Positions 61,101-64,000 of a DNA stretch of 64,000 nucleotides are shown one piece after another. The notes beneath the pieces were generated by a model. That model was not told the DNA's origin, did no database searches, and saw only the letters and a list, made by a program, of their open reading frames with translations. Within the stretch, counting starts at the first letter, position 1, and each line of letters starts with the position of its first letter. The stretch comes from Eledone cirrhosa (lineage: Eukaryota): contig OZ024745.1 of the NCBI GenBank assembly GCA_964016885.1, positions 82,212,001 to 82,276,000 of the forward strand, given 5' to 3'. The position numbers and the translations under genes were made by a program.

Positions 61101-64000
61101 AATTGATAACTTATTCCCATAAAATTAATAATTCACTCACACCAAATTGATAACATATTTCCACAAAATTGATAATTCACTCGCACCAAATTGATAACAT
61201 ATTCCCACAAAATTAAGAATCGACTCACAGCAAATTGATAACATATTCCCACAAAATTAATAATCCACTCACACTAAATCGATAACGTATTGCCACAAAA
61301 TTAATAATCCCCTCACACCAAATTGATAACATATTCCCACAAAATTGATTATTCACTCTTACCAAATTGATAACACATTCCCATTAAACTGATAATTCAC
61401 TCGCACTAAATTGATAACATATTCCCTCAAAATTGATAATGCTCTCACACCAAATTGATAACATATTCCCACAAAATTAATAATTCACTCACAACAAATT
61501 GATAACTTATTCCCACAAAATTGATAATTCAATCACACCCAATTGATAACATATTCCCACAGCATTGATAATTCACTCGCACCAAATTGATAACATATTC
61601 CCACAAAATTAATAATTCACTCACACCAAATTGAGGACATATTCCCATAATATTTATAATTAACTCGCACCAAATTAATAACGTATTCCCACAAAATTAA
61701 TAATTCACGCACACCAAATTGATAACATTCCCACAAAATTAATAATCCTCTCGCACCAAATTGATAACGTATTCCCACAAAATTAATAATCCACTCACAC
61801 CAAATTGATAACATATTCCCACAAAATTAATAATCCACTCACACCAAATTGATAACATATTCCCACAAAATTAATAATCCACTCACACCAAATTGATAAC
61901 ATTCCCACAAAATTAATAATCCACTCACACCAAATTGATAACATATTCCCACAAAATTAATAATCCACTCACACCAAATTGATAACATATTCCCAGAAAA
62001 TTAGTAATTCACTCACACCAAATTGATAACATATTCCCAATAAACAGATGATTCAATCACACGAAATTGATAACATATTTCCACAAAATTAATAATTCAC
62101 TCACACGAAATTGATAACTTATTCCCAGAAAATTAATAATCCACTCACACCAAATTGATAACATATTCCCACAAAATTGATAATTCACTCCCACCAAATT
62201 GATAACTTATTCCCATAAAATTAATAATTCACTCACACCAAATTGATAACATATTCCCACAAAATTAATAATCCACTCACACCAAATTGATAACATATTC
62301 CCACAAAATTAATAATCCACTCACACCAAATTGATAACATATTCCCACAAAATTAATGATCCACTCACACCAAATTGAAAACATATTCCCACAAAATTAA
62401 TAATTCACTCACACCAAATCGATAACATATTCCCACAAAATTGATTATTCACTCTTACCAAATTGATAACACATTCCCATTAAACTGATAATTCACTCAC
62501 ACCAAATTGATAACATATTCTCACATAATTGATTATTCACTCTTACCAAATTGATAACACATTCCCATTAAACTGATAATTCACTCGCACCAAATTGATA
62601 ACATATTCCAACAAAATTGGTAATTCACTCACACCAAATTGATAACATATTCCCACAAAATTAATAATCGACTCACAGCAAATTGATAACATATTCCAAC
62701 AAAATTAATAATCCACTCACACCAAATTGATAACGTATTCCCACAAAATTAATAATCCACTCACATCAAATTGATAGCATATTCCCACAAAATTGATAAT
62801 TCACTCACACCAAACTGATAACATATTCCACGAAATTAATAATCCACTCACACCAAATTGATAACATATTCCCACAAGATTGATAATTCACTCACGCCAA
62901 ACTGATAACATATTCCCACAAAATAAATAATTCACTCACACCAAATTTATAGCATATTCCCACTAAATTAATAATTCAGTCACACCAAATTGATAACGTA
63001 TTCTCACAAAATTGATAATCCACTCACACCAAATTCATAACATATTCCCATAAAATTAATAATTCACTCACACCAAATTTATAACATATTCCCACAAAAT
63101 TAATAATCCACTCACCCCAAATTGATAACATATTACCACAAAATTAATAATCCTCTCACAACAAATTGATAACGTATTCCCAGAAAATTAATAATCCACT
63201 CACACCAAATTGATAACTTATTCCCACAAAATTGATAATTCACTCACACGAAATGAATAACATATTCCCACAAAATTGATAATTCACTCACACCAAACTG
63301 ATAAAATATTCCCACAAAATTATTAATCGACTCACAGCAAATTTATAACATAACCCCACAAAATTAATAATCCACTCACACCAAATTGATAACGTATTCC
63401 CACAAAATTTATAATCCACTCACACCAAATTGATAACATATTCCCACAAAATTGATAATTCACTCACACCAAATTGATAACATATTCCCAGAAAATTAAT
63501 AATTCACTCACACCAAATTGCTAACATATTCCCACAAAATTGATTATTCACTCACACCAAATTGATAACATATTCCCAGAAAATTAATAATTCACTCACA
63601 CGAAATTGATAACATATTCCCACAAAATTAATAATCCACTCACACCAAATTGATAACGTATTCCCACAAAATTAATAATCCACTCACACCAAATTGATAA
63701 CATATTCCCACAAAATTGATAATTCACTCACACCAAATTGATAACATGTTCCATCAAAATTAGTAATTAACTCACACCAAATTGATAACATATTCCCATT
63801 AAACTCATAATTCAATCACACCCAATTGATAACATATTTCCACAAGATTAATAATTCACTCACACGAAATTGATAACATATTCCCACAAAATTAATAATC
63901 CACTCACACCAAATTGATAACGTATTCCCACAAAATTAATAATCCACTCACACCAAATTGATAACATATTCCCACAAAATTGATAATTCACTAACACCAA

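Larger units (their letters stand above)
1..64000. repeat. Tandem satellite DNA array, 44-bp monomer (~1,450 copies), extending beyond both window ends
   Basis: ATTCCCACAAAATTAATAAT(T/C)CACTCACACCAAATTGATAACAT recurs head-to-tail every 44 bp from base 1 to the end. It is ~73% AT, and I saw no unique sequence anywhere. Confidence 0.99.

Noticed and set aside
307-61814. 22 short minus-strand ORFs (61-103 aa; MLSIWCEWIINFVGICYQFG...)
   Set aside because: They are translations of the satellite. The 44-bp unit cycles through the three frames, giving the same three peptide phrases. ORFs appear only where variants or 2-bp deletions happen to dodge TAA/TGA stops. There is no unique sequence, recognisable domain or gene context.
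1-64000. CRISPR-like look: conserved ~27-bp AAATTGATAACATATTCCCACAAAATT alternating with a more variable ~17-bp segment
   Set aside because: The putative spacers are all homologous to each other and to the other half of the monomer, too short, and repeated hundreds of times. The conserved part varies too, and there is no leader or cas gene.
1-64000. Telomeric repeat or G-quadruplex array (the minus strand is G/T-rich)
   Set aside because: The unit is 44 bp and heterogeneous, with higher-order structure and only one GGG run per monomer. This is unlike telomerase-made repeats or canonical G4 motifs. A subtelomeric location cannot be excluded.
1-64000. Assignment to a named satellite family or species
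   Set aside because: I do not recognise the monomer with confidence. A BLAST, Dfam or Repbase search of the 44-bp consensus would be needed.

Overview
The whole 64-kb window is one uninterrupted satellite DNA array of about 1,450 copies of an AT-rich 44-bp monomer. The + strand consensus is ATTCCCACAAAATTAATAAT(T/C)CACTCACACCAAATTGATAACAT (20 A, 12 T, 11 C, 1 G). The monomer is a diverged dimer of a 22-bp unit. Variant monomers recur in fixed order, giving nested higher-order blocks of 220, 484, 572, 792, 1188, 2362 and 2813 bp and about 5.1-5.5 kb, plus at least three sequence-variant domains. The only break in orientation is a 982-bp inverted block at 54131-55112. Its left junction has a 5-bp microhomology; its right junction has a templated (ATAAAT)x3 expansion followed by a 3-bp microhomology. 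I see no supportable protein-coding gene, RNA gene, transposon or CRISPR array, and the listed ORFs are by-products of the repeat. The sequence looks like eukaryotic heterochromatic or (peri)centromeric satellite, but neither the organism nor a function can be established from it. I found no evidence of a new gene-encoded system. All coordinates and periods were counted by eye from marker variants.
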